Source of the DNA: an uncultured Phycisphaerales bacterium
Lineage (GTDB): Bacteria; Planctomycetota; Phycisphaerae; Sedimentisphaerales; Anaerobacaceae
DNA: 64,000 nucleotides
NCBI GenBank assembly: GCA_963718665.1
Contig: OY970359.1
Coordinates: 1,696,001-1,760,000, forward strand
Direction: 5' to 3'
Translations under genes and position numbers: made by a program
Notes under the pieces: generated by a model
What the model saw: only the letters and a program-made list of their open reading frames with translations
Told to the model about the DNA's origin: nothing
Databases searched by the model: none
Shown: positions 1 to 9,368 of the stretch, piece after piece
Layout of the letters: each line of letters opens with the position of its first letter
Position numbering within the stretch: the stretch's first letter is position 1

Positions 1-89
1 CAGCAACCTGGGAACTCGCCAATAAGCTGAACAGGACGCCGTCAGTCGTGAAACACAAGGCCGCTGAGCTGAAACTCAAAAAGAGATAG
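1..89 (+). CDS. 3' end of a small basic protein with an HTH/Myb-like motif (partial)
   Basis: Frame from position 3 reads ATWELANKLNRTPSVVKHKAAELKLKKR to TAG at 87-89. Confidence 0.5.
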   Translation, partial: ATWELANKLNRTPSVVKHKAAELKLKKR

Positions 90-138
90 TCGGCTCCTCA
101 AACGGGACCGTCCCAACCAAAGCGACGGGTGACTGCTT

Positions 139-426
139 ATGATAATCGGCGTGATGACAGCCAACTTGCACCTTCACGGTATCGGCTCGCTCAAAGAGAA
201 GCGCAGCATCATCAAAAGCGTTATCGGCCGGCTGCAAAGCCGGTTCAACGTCTCCATTTCCGAAGTTGACCACAACGACAGCAAAATCATCGCCACCATC
301 GGCGTCGCCGTCGTCGGCAATGACAAGCCCTTTATCGAAAGCCAGCTCGAAGCCGTCGTAACTTTTATGCGTAACGACGGCCGGTTCTATCTTGGGACAA
401 TCGAACGTGAAACCTTTGGCGTTTGA
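139..426 (+). CDS. DUF503 (YlxP-like) family protein
   Basis: 95 aa with signature SLKEKRSIIKS..RLQSRFNVSISEV. Confidence 0.85.
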   Translation: MIIGVMTANLHLHGIGSLKEKRSIIKSVIGRLQSRFNVSISEVDHNDSKIIATIGVAVVGNDKPFIESQLEAVVTFMRNDGRFYLGTIERETFGV

Positions 427-469
427 TTTGCCCAGGCGTTCCCAAAAATATCCCGAAAAAGACCAAACC

Positions 470-503
470 GTAGCAAAACGGTAACAATCATTCCTTATAA
501 AAT
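470..503 (+). promoter_or_regulatory. Putative OmpR-family binding site and -10 element
   Basis: GTAGCAA (470-476) and GTAACAA (481-487) at 11-bp spacing, then TATAAAAT, upstream of an operon encoding two OmpR regulators. Confidence 0.4.
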
Positions 504-556
504 ACAGGTGTCAAAGAGGTGTTTTTTTGATAACTTATTGTTGAAAGGATAAGGTT

Positions 557-3500
557 ATGAGGACACTTAAAACCATCGTTACAGGCGTTGTGCTGACGGT
601 GATACTGCCGGTTTGTATTGCTGCTGCAGCCCCGACAAGCGAACTGCTGCAAAAAGGGCTATACGCCGAAGAGGTCGAAGGCAACATCGATTCGGCCATT
701 AAAACCTACGGGGAGATAATAAAGAAAACCGACGCCCCGAGGAACCACATTGCCCAGGCCCTTTACAGGCAGGGTATGTGTTACCTGAAAATCAAAGACG
801 AGCAGGCGGCAAAGACGGACTTTGAAAAGCTGGTCAGCGAATACGCCGACCAGACCGAGATTGTGCAGAAGGCGCAATTGGCGCTGGATGATTTGACGGA
901 TTTTGACCCGGCCGCTTTAATGCCTCCGGGGACGCTTATTTATGTGGAGCTTGGCAGCCCCGGCAAACAGGTTGAGACAATCCTCAATATGCTCAAGGGC
1001 ACGCCCTACGAAAATCCGCTTGCCGCCATAGGAAACCAGACGGCAGCCAACCCCAACCAGAAAACAGCGGGGGATATTGTGGCCGGCCTTCTGAATCCCA
1101 GTATGATGGCGGAATTCAAAAAGATTCGTGGCTCGGCTATTGGCGTTACCGGCATCGCACAGAATAATCCGCCTGCGATTGCGGTACTTTATCCCGGCAA
1201 AAGCGACGCCCTGCGCGGCCTGATTATGGCGGGATTAAATATGGCGGGAACACCCGGCGAGCCGATTGAAGGCATGCAAACCATCAATATTCGAAATGCC
1301 GCGGTAGCGGCGTACGATGACAGGGTAATTATAGTCGCTTCTTTGCCCGACCAGCTCAGGTGGGTCATCAGGCAATATAAAGGACTTGCCTCAGAGCCTA
1401 CACTCGCTTCAAGCAATCCCTTGTTTGTGAAATTGAACAAAAAGACGAGACACGACAACGCGCTGACCGCTTGGGTGAATGTTCATGAGGTCTATTCGAA
1501 GATGCTGCAATTGTTCCCCGCAGGCCAGATTCCAAAACAGATTTTCTTGGTCGATGCCGTCGTTGATTTCAATCACATCGATTATATAACCATGACTAAT
1601 TCGATTGAGCAGGATGGCTTTGATGGCACCGTCGAGATTGTGTTCAAAGACGGCCATCACTGTCTCGCATACGATTTGATTCGGACTCCCAATATAAGCA
1701 AGGCGGCGCTTTCGGCGGTTCCTCCCAACGCCGTTGCCATAGCGACCTTTGCGCTGTCTGCCGACAATGAAAACCAGACCGGCGCTGTGCGCGCACAGGT
1801 TAAAAACTTCAGCGGTCTCGATATTGGCAGAGAAATTTTCGCCAACATCGAGCAGGTCACTGTTTTCGCTGTGCCCGCCAAAACCCCAGGTTCGTCTTTC
1901 CCAGGGTCTATCGGGCTGGCAATTACAAGTCACAATCCTCAGCAGACGCGCCAGATTCTCGCAAAGACCATCGGCACTGCTGACTCAATGCTCACCGGCC
2001 GGCCCGTGGCTGACGCCAATTCATTCGCCGGACGGTACCAGATTGGCCAAATTCAAAATAACCCGCTGTATTGCTATGTCGAGCAGGCGGGCAAAGTTAC
2101 TGTCCTTTCGCTGAATCCTGATATCACGCAGGCCTCAATGGCGGCGATTAAAGACCACAACAGCGTATGCAACTCCGGACCGCTTAGCGATGCTGTCGCC
2201 AAAATGCCCGCAAGCGCAAGCAAGATGATTCTTATCAACGCCGGAGGTGCCATTCGAATTGCCGCCCCGACAATAATCGCGTCTATAGGCACAGACAACC
2301 GCGATGCACTTCAAAATAATTTCAATCAGCTCGCGCTGGCCTGCGACAAATCGGTCGTTGAGATTCGCACCGATGAGCAGCCGAATGACTTCACCCTCAA
2401 CAGAAGATTAACAGGCCTGCCCCCGTTGAATCAGCTCTTTGGTCCGATTAACCAAATTGCCCAGGCCATCAAACAGAACAAAGCCAATGTTGTGGTTGAA
2501 ACCGCGCGAAGGCAGGCGGGCATCACCATAAAACAGGCAACCGTTTCACCTGTTATTGATGGTGTCGCGGATGCTGCTTGGGCCGTCGCCGACAAAATAA
2601 AACTGACTAATGTGCTGTATAAGCCAATTTCCTCGCCGAACGACCTTTCGGCTAATTTCAAAACGATGTGGGACCAGAACAATCTTTATCTGTTCGTTGA
2701 TGTTACCGACGATGTGCTCAAGAATGATGCCAATAATCCATGGGAGAATGATGGTGTCGAGGTTTATATCGACGCTACTAACAGTAAAGCCGCCTCATAC
2801 GGCCCGACCGATTATCAATACATTTTTGTGTGGGATAAGACGTCGCCGAAAATCTATGAACAAAAACAAAATCGTATTGAAGGTGTTCAATATGCGATGG
2901 TAACGACCAATACAGGTTATCAATTGGAAGTCAAGTTCCCCTGGTCAACACTCGGCACGAAACCCCATGTAGGCGCAAAGATTGGCCTGGATGTTCAGGT
3001 CAACGACAACGACACAGGCGGAAAACGCGATAAAAAGTTAACCTGGCACGCTACGACAGATAACGCCTGGGAGAATCCGCAGGCCTTTGGAAATGCTGAG
3101 TTAGGTGGACTCCTCGGCTGGTGGAAGTTTGACGAAAAAGACGGCAATACCGCCGCCGACAGCTCAGGTAACGGCAATGGCGGCACACTGATTGGCAGTC
3201 CCGTCTGGCGACCTCAGGGCGGCAAAATTGGTGGAGCGCTCGAATTTAGCGGCAAGGGCGATTACGTCAAAATCGCCAACGAATCCGCATTCAATATTAC
3301 CAGCCAGATAACAGTCGCTGCGTGGGTTAATATAACCTCTGTCCCGCAGGAATGGACCGGCATTGTCACCAAGGGCGACACCGCCTGGCGGCTTTCCACG
3401 AGTTTTGCCAACAACGTGTTTCACTTCGGCGTTACCCGCGAGGACTATCTTAACGGCAGTACCACTGTCAGTTCGGGCCAGTGGCATCACGTCGCCTGCG

Positions 3501-3715
3501 TTTATGACGGACAGAAAATGAGCATTTATGTTGACGGCAAATTAGATGTTTCGAAACCGCGGTCAGGACCTATCGCGACCAACGACTTCCCCGTTTGCAT
3601 CGGCGAAAATATCGAGCTGACCGGGCACTCCTGGAATGGTCTCATTGACGATGTCCGCGTTTATACTTATGCTCTTTCGGAGAATGAAATCGCGGCTTTA
3701 GCAACCGGTAAATAA
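557..3715 (+). CDS. Large exported protein: N-terminal TPR, unknown middle domain, CBM9-like sugar-binding domain, C-terminal LamG domain
   Basis: Signal peptide; TPR-like AQALYRQGMCYLK; CBM9-like PVIDG..W, WDQNNLYLFVDVTDD, DGVEVYID; LamG GWWKFDE..WHHVACVYDG..GLIDDVRVY. Confidence 0.8.
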   Translation: MRTLKTIVTGVVLTVILPVCIAAAAPTSELLQKGLYAEEVEGNIDSAIKTYGEIIKKTDAPRNHIAQALYRQGMCYLKIKDEQAAKTDFEKLVSEYADQTEIVQKAQLALDDLTDFDPAALMPPGTLIYVELGSPGKQVETILNMLKGTPYENPLAAIGNQTAANPNQKTAGDIVAGLLNPSMMAEFKKIRGSAIGVTGIAQNNPPAIAVLYPGKSDALRGLIMAGLNMAGTPGEPIEGMQTINIRNAAVAAYDDRVIIVASLPDQLRWVIRQYKGLASEPTLASSNPLFVKLNKKTRHDNALTAWVNVHEVYSKMLQLFPAGQIPKQIFLVDAVVDFNHIDYITMTNSIEQDGFDGTVEIVFKDGHHCLAYDLIRTPNISKAALSAVPPNAVAIATFALSADNENQTGAVRAQVKNFSGLDIGREIFANIEQVTVFAVPAKTPGSSFPGSIGLAITSHNPQQTRQILAKTIGTADSMLTGRPVADANSFAGRYQIGQIQNNPLYCYVEQAGKVTVLSLNPDITQASMAAIKDHNSVCNSGPLSDAVAKMPASASKMILINAGGAIRIAAPTIIASIGTDNRDALQNNFNQLALACDKSVVEIRTDEQPNDFTLNRRLTGLPPLNQLFGPINQIAQAIKQNKANVVVETARRQAGITIKQATVSPVIDGVADAAWAVADKIKLTNVLYKPISSPNDLSANFKTMWDQNNLYLFVDVTDDVLKNDANNPWENDGVEVYIDATNSKAASYGPTDYQYIFVWDKTSPKIYEQKQNRIEGVQYAMVTTNTGYQLEVKFPWSTLGTKPHVGAKIGLDVQVNDNDTGGKRDKKLTWHATTDNAWENPQAFGNAELGGLLGWWKFDEKDGNTAADSSGNGNGGTLIGSPVWRPQGGKIGGALEFSGKGDYVKIANESAFNITSQITVAAWVNITSVPQEWTGIVTKGDTAWRLSTSFANNVFHFGVTREDYLNGSTTVSSGQWHHVACVYDGQKMSIYVDGKLDVSKPRSGPIATNDFPVCIGENIELTGHSWNGLIDDVRVYTYALSENEIAALATGK

Positions 3716-3726
3716 AGAGGTACGAT

Positions 3727-5739
3727 TTGAAATTTGGCCAAGCTCCTATCACCGGGCGTAATCAGTTACAGTGGGTAGTGCTGCTCGCAATCGCGGTAGT
3801 GCTGCCCACTGTAAGTTTGCTCTGGTTCATGAGCAGGGCGGTCTCCAACGAACGATTGGTCATAAGGGAGAAATTAGCCGCCATTTATCAGGACAAGCTC
3901 ACGCAGGCCGGTCAAAAGGCCGCCGAAACCTGCGCCGCCAATATCAGCATCCTCGATAAGACAGGACAGAACGCAAATCCATATTCGCTTTTCAAACAAC
4001 TCGTGCTTGAGCATAATTTTGAAGGCGTGGTTGCCTTTGACTCAAAGTCAGCGGTTGTGTATCCGGTGCTTGGCGACATAATTTCAGACACAACTCAGCA
4101 GGATAATGACTTTGCATCCGCCAGGCAGCTTGAATTCACCAACAGGCAATACGCCGATGCCGCGGAAAGCTACGGCAGGTTTTCAGCCGATAAAGACCCT
4201 CAAATCGCCATTGCAGCCATTATGGGCAAAAGCCGATGTTTATCTAAAATTGGCCGGCTTGATGAGGCGATAGAAGAATGTCAAAAAGCTGCCTTTGTTT
4301 CTGTGGATAGGAATACCGATACCGCGTTACTCGTTGCCGTTCAAAACGCCCGGCTGCTGCTTCTGGATTTGCTCAGGCAGACCGGCACACAGTCCAGGGC
4401 AGAGCTTGTGCAGCGGACAGTCAACGCGCTGATTGCCGACCTCTATATTGTCCCTAAAATGCCGTCGAGCAGAAACCTGTTTATCGCCGGAAAGGTTTTA
4501 CAAACCTTTGGAGATATGCCCTCCCTCGAAGGCAAAACGTCTATCACAAAGGATACGCTCGCCAAACTGGTCGCCGCCGAAGAATTTTCTATTTTAATTG
4601 CTGAAAACTCATCGCTTATCCGCATATTGCCCGACAGGCCGTCGGATACTTTCCTTCGAGCAGGCGCCGGCTATGGTCTCTATCACAAGACCCCGTCGAT
4701 GTCGCTTCTGATTTTATTTTCCGACAAAGGAATCGCGTCAGCTCTCACCGGCTACGAAGACACATTCAAGGGTTCCGATTCGGCTTATCGCATAATAGAT
4801 GCCTCGGGTGATTTTGTCGCAGGCATGGGAAAACCGGCAGGCAGACCTTTCGCAACCGCTTCTTTGGCTGATTGTTTTCCGGGCTGGAAAGTCGAATTGT
4901 ATTTCAAAGGGGGCGAGATTTTTGATAAGGCCGCCGACAGGCAAATCGCTGTTTATATCTGGACCGGTTCGCTTGTGATATTGCTTATCCTCGTTGTCGG
5001 CGCATTCGCCGCCCGCGCAATAGGCAGGCAAATCCGGCTCAATAAAATGAAAAACGATTTTATCGCCACCGTCTCGCACGAGCTGAAGACGCCTTTGTCC
5101 TCGATGCGTGTCCTCGTCGATACCCTGCTCGAAGGCAACATCAAAGACGAAACGCAGACCGAGGAATACCTGCGCATGACCGCCAGGGAAAACGAACGGC
5201 TCAGCCGAATGATTGATAACTTCCTGACCTTCTCGCGGATGGAGCGAAACAAAAAGGCATTCGAAATGACTCCGGCAAACCCCGTCTCGATAGCAAACGA
5301 CGCCGCGGAAGCGGTCAGGACGAAATATGCGGCACATAATTGTCAGTTCGCGGTTGATATTGCGGACAATCTGCCCGAAATATCAGCCGACCACGGCGCG
5401 ATGGTTACTGTCCTTGTCAATCTTCTGGACAATGCCTGCAAATATACAGGCGACCAAAAACAAATCACGCTGAAGGTCTTCGCTGAAAAGGATAATGTCT
5501 GTTTTGCGGTTTCGGATAACGGCATTGGTCTTGCCCACAGGCATATTCGTAAAATTTTCGACAGCTTCTACCAGGTCGATAACTCCCTTGCGCGAAAAGT
5601 CGAAGGTTGCGGACTGGGCCTCAGCATCGTTAAATTTATCGTCGATGCCCATAAAGGCAAAATATCCGTCGATAGCAAACCTGGCAAAGGAAGTACTTTC
5701 ACAGTCAAAATCCCCGTTTCGCCGAAACAGGCCGGTTAA
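3727..5739 (+). CDS. Membrane sensor histidine kinase (HisKA + HATPase_c)
   Basis: Two TM segments, H-box FIATVSHELKTPL, N-box NLLDNACKY, DNGIG, GLGLSIV. Confidence 0.95.
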   Translation: MKFGQAPITGRNQLQWVVLLAIAVVLPTVSLLWFMSRAVSNERLVIREKLAAIYQDKLTQAGQKAAETCAANISILDKTGQNANPYSLFKQLVLEHNFEGVVAFDSKSAVVYPVLGDIISDTTQQDNDFASARQLEFTNRQYADAAESYGRFSADKDPQIAIAAIMGKSRCLSKIGRLDEAIEECQKAAFVSVDRNTDTALLVAVQNARLLLLDLLRQTGTQSRAELVQRTVNALIADLYIVPKMPSSRNLFIAGKVLQTFGDMPSLEGKTSITKDTLAKLVAAEEFSILIAENSSLIRILPDRPSDTFLRAGAGYGLYHKTPSMSLLILFSDKGIASALTGYEDTFKGSDSAYRIIDASGDFVAGMGKPAGRPFATASLADCFPGWKVELYFKGGEIFDKAADRQIAVYIWTGSLVILLILVVGAFAARAIGRQIRLNKMKNDFIATVSHELKTPLSSMRVLVDTLLEGNIKDETQTEEYLRMTARENERLSRMIDNFLTFSRMERNKKAFEMTPANPVSIANDAAEAVRTKYAAHNCQFAVDIADNLPEISADHGAMVTVLVNLLDNACKYTGDQKQITLKVFAEKDNVCFAVSDNGIGLAHRHIRKIFDSFYQVDNSLARKVEGCGLGLSIVKFIVDAHKGKISVDSKPGKGSTFTVKIPVSPKQAG

Positions 5740-5750
5740 GGAGTTAAGAT

Positions 5751-6428
5751 ATGAGAACCGTTCTTATAATTGAAGACAATCCCACGATGGTGCGTGCCCT
5801 CGAAGATAATTTCACAATTAAGGGTTACAAGGTCAAAACGGCCTTTGACGGCGAAGCGGGGTTGAACGCGGCGCTGGAAAAAGGGGCAGACCTGATTATC
5901 CTCGATATAATGCTGCCCAAAATCAACGGCTTCGAGATTTGCAGCCGGGTTCGCAATAAAGGTATCAATACGCCCATCATTATGCTCACCGCCAAGGACC
6001 AGGAGCAGGATATTGTTATGGGCCTCAATCTCGGTGCCGACGACTATGTCACCAAGCCCTTCAGCATAAAGCAGCTTCTCGCCCGCGTTGAGGCGTTGTT
6101 GCGCAGGATCGCTCAGCCCGAACCGGACATTTATCAGTTCGGCGACTTTAAGCTCGATAATGTAAATCAAAAACTTACTCACAACGACGTCGAAGTGCCT
6201 TTAAGCCCGAAGGAATTTAATGTGCTCCAGATTCTTGTTAAAAAGCGGGGCTCGGTCCTGACTCGTGATGAGATACTAAGCGCCGCCTTCGGCGTTTCGC
6301 ATTTCATCAGCGCAAAGAACATCGATGTCTTCATCAGGTCCATCCGCGAGAAAATCGAGCCGGACTTGAACAAACCGGCTTTTATTCATACCATAGCCGA
6401 TATCGGGTATAAGTTTGAAACGGTGTAG
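5751..6428 (+). CDS. OmpR/PhoB-family response regulator
   Basis: IEDN, DIMLP, MLTAK, KPF receiver motifs and winged-helix C-terminus. Confidence 0.95.
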   Translation: MRTVLIIEDNPTMVRALEDNFTIKGYKVKTAFDGEAGLNAALEKGADLIILDIMLPKINGFEICSRVRNKGINTPIIMLTAKDQEQDIVMGLNLGADDYVTKPFSIKQLLARVEALLRRIAQPEPDIYQFGDFKLDNVNQKLTHNDVEVPLSPKEFNVLQILVKKRGSVLTRDEILSAAFGVSHFISAKNIDVFIRSIREKIEPDLNKPAFIHTIADIGYKFETV

Positions 6429-6431
6429 AAA

Positions 6432-7121
6432 ATGGAAAAGGTATTAATAGTTGAAGATGACCCCACGATGCTGCGGGGCCTGAAAGATAACTTCGAGTTC
6501 AAGGGTTACAAGGTGCTGACCGCCTCCGACGGCGAAAAAGGCCTTGAAGCGGCCCTTAACGCCAAACCCGATTTGATACTCCTCGACATTATGCTCCCCA
6601 AAATTAACGGCTACGAGATTTGTCGCCTGATTCGCGAGCAAAAACTCGATATGCCGATTATTATGCTGACCGCCAAAGGTGAAGAATCTGATATTGTGCT
6701 GGGCCTCAACCTTGGCGCAGATGATTATGTCACCAAGCCGTTCAGTATTAAGGAGCTTCTCGCCCGCGCGGCCGCGTTTTTGCGCCGGGCAAAAAAAGAG
6801 GTTCAGGATATTCACGAATTCGGCTGTTACCGCCTCGACATATCCGCAAGACGGCTCACGCGAAAAGGAAAGGAAATCGAGCTGTCCCCCAAGGAATTCG
6901 ACCTTCTCACGTTTCTCATCAAAAAGCAGGGCCGCGCTCTTACCCGTGATGAGATATTAAACGCCGTCTGGGGATATGATTGCATTGTTACCCCGCGAAG
7001 TATAGACAGGTTTGTAACCACCCTGCGTGATAAAATCGAGCCCGACCCATCCAAACCGGTTTTCATTCACACCATAAGACAAATCGGCTACAGATTCGAA
7101 CCGCCCGAATCAAAACACTAA
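6432..7121 (+). CDS. OmpR/PhoB-family response regulator (paralog of the upstream gene)
   Basis: VEDD, DIMLP, KPF; wHTH LTRDEILNAVWG..TIRQIGYRF. Confidence 0.95.
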   Translation: MEKVLIVEDDPTMLRGLKDNFEFKGYKVLTASDGEKGLEAALNAKPDLILLDIMLPKINGYEICRLIREQKLDMPIIMLTAKGEESDIVLGLNLGADDYVTKPFSIKELLARAAAFLRRAKKEVQDIHEFGCYRLDISARRLTRKGKEIELSPKEFDLLTFLIKKQGRALTRDEILNAVWGYDCIVTPRSIDRFVTTLRDKIEPDPSKPVFIHTIRQIGYRFEPPESKH

Positions 7122-7147
7122 CGCCTTCCGGCTAAAAGCAAGGTGAT

Positions 7148-8074
7148 TTACGCCGGTTTCTGCCCGCCCGCGTCTTTGGCGGATTTGTCGGCAATGTTCC
7201 GCTCGATTGCGTCTTCGAGAAGCGGATGGGCGTCAGCCAGGTTATAGAAAAAAGCGGATTTGCCTGAAAGCGACTGATAGAATACGGCAAGGTTTTTCGC
7301 TCGCTTGGCATGGCTGGAATCGGGAGGAAACCTCTGGGCCTCCATCTGGGCCGATTTCTGCATAACGACTATGATATTTCTAAGCTGCTCTTCGAGTTCC
7401 GCGCCCATGAGTATCGCTTTCTGAACGACATCTTTCAGTGGCTTTTCGAACTCTGGAGATACTATGGAAGTTTGAGACGCGACAACTATGTCTTCGAAGG
7501 TGCCCATTAATTTATCGACAACAGCCCATAAAGTGGCGCATTTGTGGAGCGTGGCTGCGGGTTTGTCCTGCGATGGCTCCGGAATCGGCACATTCAATAC
7601 TGAGTTGGCGTCTTCAATGGTTTTTTCCGCTCGTTTTATAATCGCAGGCGTTCGGATGCCTGCCGGTATGTCCGACAATGCCAGCAATGATGAGCCGTTG
7701 CAGAAGCCGCATCTTGTCATTCCGAGGCCGAAGCAGCGTTCGCAGACGGCTTCCTGCTCGATATGTCCGCAGCCGTTACATACTTCACATTGCGTGCGTC
7801 CCTTGGTGCAGAATTGACATGGATGAAAAGCGAAGGCGGTTATAAGCTGGTTGGCGGTATTTTCTCCCAGGACATCGAGCAGTTTTTTTACAATGTCGCG
7901 GTCGCCCGGCAAAATGCCTTTTTCCTGCGCCTTTAGAAACAGGTCCGCGGCTTTTTCAAACCGGCTGCCTTGGAGGTCGAGTATGACGTCCTTGACAACT
8001 ATGCCTACCTGGGTCGCGGAGGATGCCCTCGTATCTCCGGGCCGCCCATCGGATTGTTTTGGCTCTTCGCTCAT
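7148..8074 (-). CDS. Hypothetical protein with a DnaJ-like Cys-rich zinc finger
   Basis: Four CxxC motifs (CQFC, CEVCNGCG, CERCFGLG, CGFCNGS); start placed at MSEEPK. Confidence 0.65.
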   Translation of the reverse strand: MSEEPKQSDGRPGDTRASSATQVGIVVKDVILDLQGSRFEKAADLFLKAQEKGILPGDRDIVKKLLDVLGENTANQLITAFAFHPCQFCTKGRTQCEVCNGCGHIEQEAVCERCFGLGMTRCGFCNGSSLLALSDIPAGIRTPAIIKRAEKTIEDANSVLNVPIPEPSQDKPAATLHKCATLWAVVDKLMGTFEDIVVASQTSIVSPEFEKPLKDVVQKAILMGAELEEQLRNIIVVMQKSAQMEAQRFPPDSSHAKRAKNLAVFYQSLSGKSAFFYNLADAHPLLEDAIERNIADKSAKDAGGQKPA

Positions 8075-8168
8075 AACTATTTTCCGTTTGGCGTTACTGT
8101 AAGCCGAATAACTCCCTGCTCCACTAATACTTAGGCGCATCCGCGTTATATGTTCGGCAATACGGCAT

Positions 8169-8657
8169 CTACTTCGTATCTTTCCTGAGTTTCTTTATCG
8201 CTTCCAGTTCGGCGATTGCCTGCCTGTCGCGGGGTCTGTTCATTGCCTTTTTGGATTCTATCAGTGCGTCAAGATTGAGCACCTGCAATCGAACGCCGCT
8301 GGTCTCCATCATAACGCTTTCCTCTTTTACCTTTTGATAATCCCCAACGCCTTTAATAGACCCAAGGCAGTCGAGCCGTCCGATGTCTGTGTCTAAGTAC
8401 AAATTCTTGAAGCTGCTGCAATTCTTCTCAGTCAGCTCAAGCTTCTGTCGGCCCGGTGTCATTCGGTGAACAGGATGCACATTGGCTATTGCCTTTTGCA
8501 AAGCAAGCAGATTTGCTGGCGAAAAATCGAGGCAGATGTCAACGTCCTGCGTCACCAGCGTGCAGCCGTATACCGTCCCCGCAAAACCGCCGACAATCAC
8601 AAAATCGACCCTGGCCTTTACCAGCCGTTCTAATAATATGATAAAATCCCCGGTCAT
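8169..8657 (-). CDS. Minimal nucleotidyltransferase-fold protein
   Basis: VIVGGFA..G....TQDVD and LIESKKAMNRPRD motifs. Confidence 0.85.
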   Translation of the reverse strand: MTGDFIILLERLVKARVDFVIVGGFAGTVYGCTLVTQDVDICLDFSPANLLALQKAIANVHPVHRMTPGRQKLELTEKNCSSFKNLYLDTDIGRLDCLGSIKGVGDYQKVKEESVMMETSGVRLQVLNLDALIESKKAMNRPRDRQAIAELEAIKKLRKDTK

Positions 8658-8848
8658 ACGCGTTTGGCCCTGCGCAGTTTCTCGATTGAGTTAAGTGCGA
8701 TTTGATGACGCCTGATGCGTTCGCCGTAGCTTAACTTCAGATTGTCTTTCAACGCCTCTATATCAATTCCAAACTCTGCCGCCGCCCTGACAGGGTCCGC
8801 TTTGACAGCGTTGGTTTTCGCCGATTTATTATTTCGCCGATGTGTCAT
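8654..8848 (-). CDS. Small partner protein of the nucleotidyltransferase (antitoxin-like)
   Basis: GIDIEALKDNLKLSYGERIRRH; ATGA overlap with the downstream gene. Confidence 0.65.
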   Translation of the reverse strand: MTHRRNNKSAKTNAVKADPVRAAAEFGIDIEALKDNLKLSYGERIRRHQIALNSIEKLRRAKRV

Positions 8849-8898
8849 ATCGTAAGTATAACCCAATATCAAATCTGTTCAACCAGTTTCCTTATCGG

Positions 8899-9040
8899 TT
8901 AGCCCCCAGGTCCGCCTGGGGGTCTTAAAACTTGTCGGATTTCCGCATCATTTAGCCCCCACCCCGCGAGGTGGGGGTTTGTCATTCCTGTGGCCGGGGT
9001 CATCCAAATAATATTTAGCCCCGTCATTTATGCCGGGGTT
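8899..9040. repeat. Three REP-like palindromes of the form TTAGCCCC-loop-GGGGT
   Basis: ttagcccccaggtccgcctgggggt, ttagcccccaccccgcgaggtgggggt, ttagccccgtcatttatgccggggt. Confidence 0.75.
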
Positions 9041-9069
9041 ACTTTATTGCCGGGTCATTGCGAAGTTTA

Positions 9070-9117
9070 CCCGCCTCTGGCGGGACTAACGACCAACCAC
9101 TATCGACTAACGACTAT
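9070..9117. repeat. CCGCC-hairpin plus ACTAAC(G/C) heptamer array
   Basis: cccgcctctggcggg then actaacgaccaaccactatcgactaa; recurs at 12498-12561. Confidence 0.7.
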
Positions 9118-9368
9118 CTCAAACCCCTTGCCTCCTTCCCACTTTACCGATATACTGCCACCTTATGGCCGGAACCGGCTCGTGGAGAGAATTACACCTT
9201 CGACCGTCAACTTTGTCGTCCGGCAAACTTTTTTGTAAATAACAGGAAAATAGGCGTGGTGGCTACAGATTTAGATTTGGCTATGCGGAAAAAATGTCTG
9301 CTACAAGGTTTTACGAAATGCCAGCCGAAGATATTTACAAACACATCTAAAACATGGAGAAATGAAAA

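Noticed and set aside
7148..8074. DnaJ chaperone
   Set aside because: It has only the Cys-rich repeats and no J-domain HPD motif
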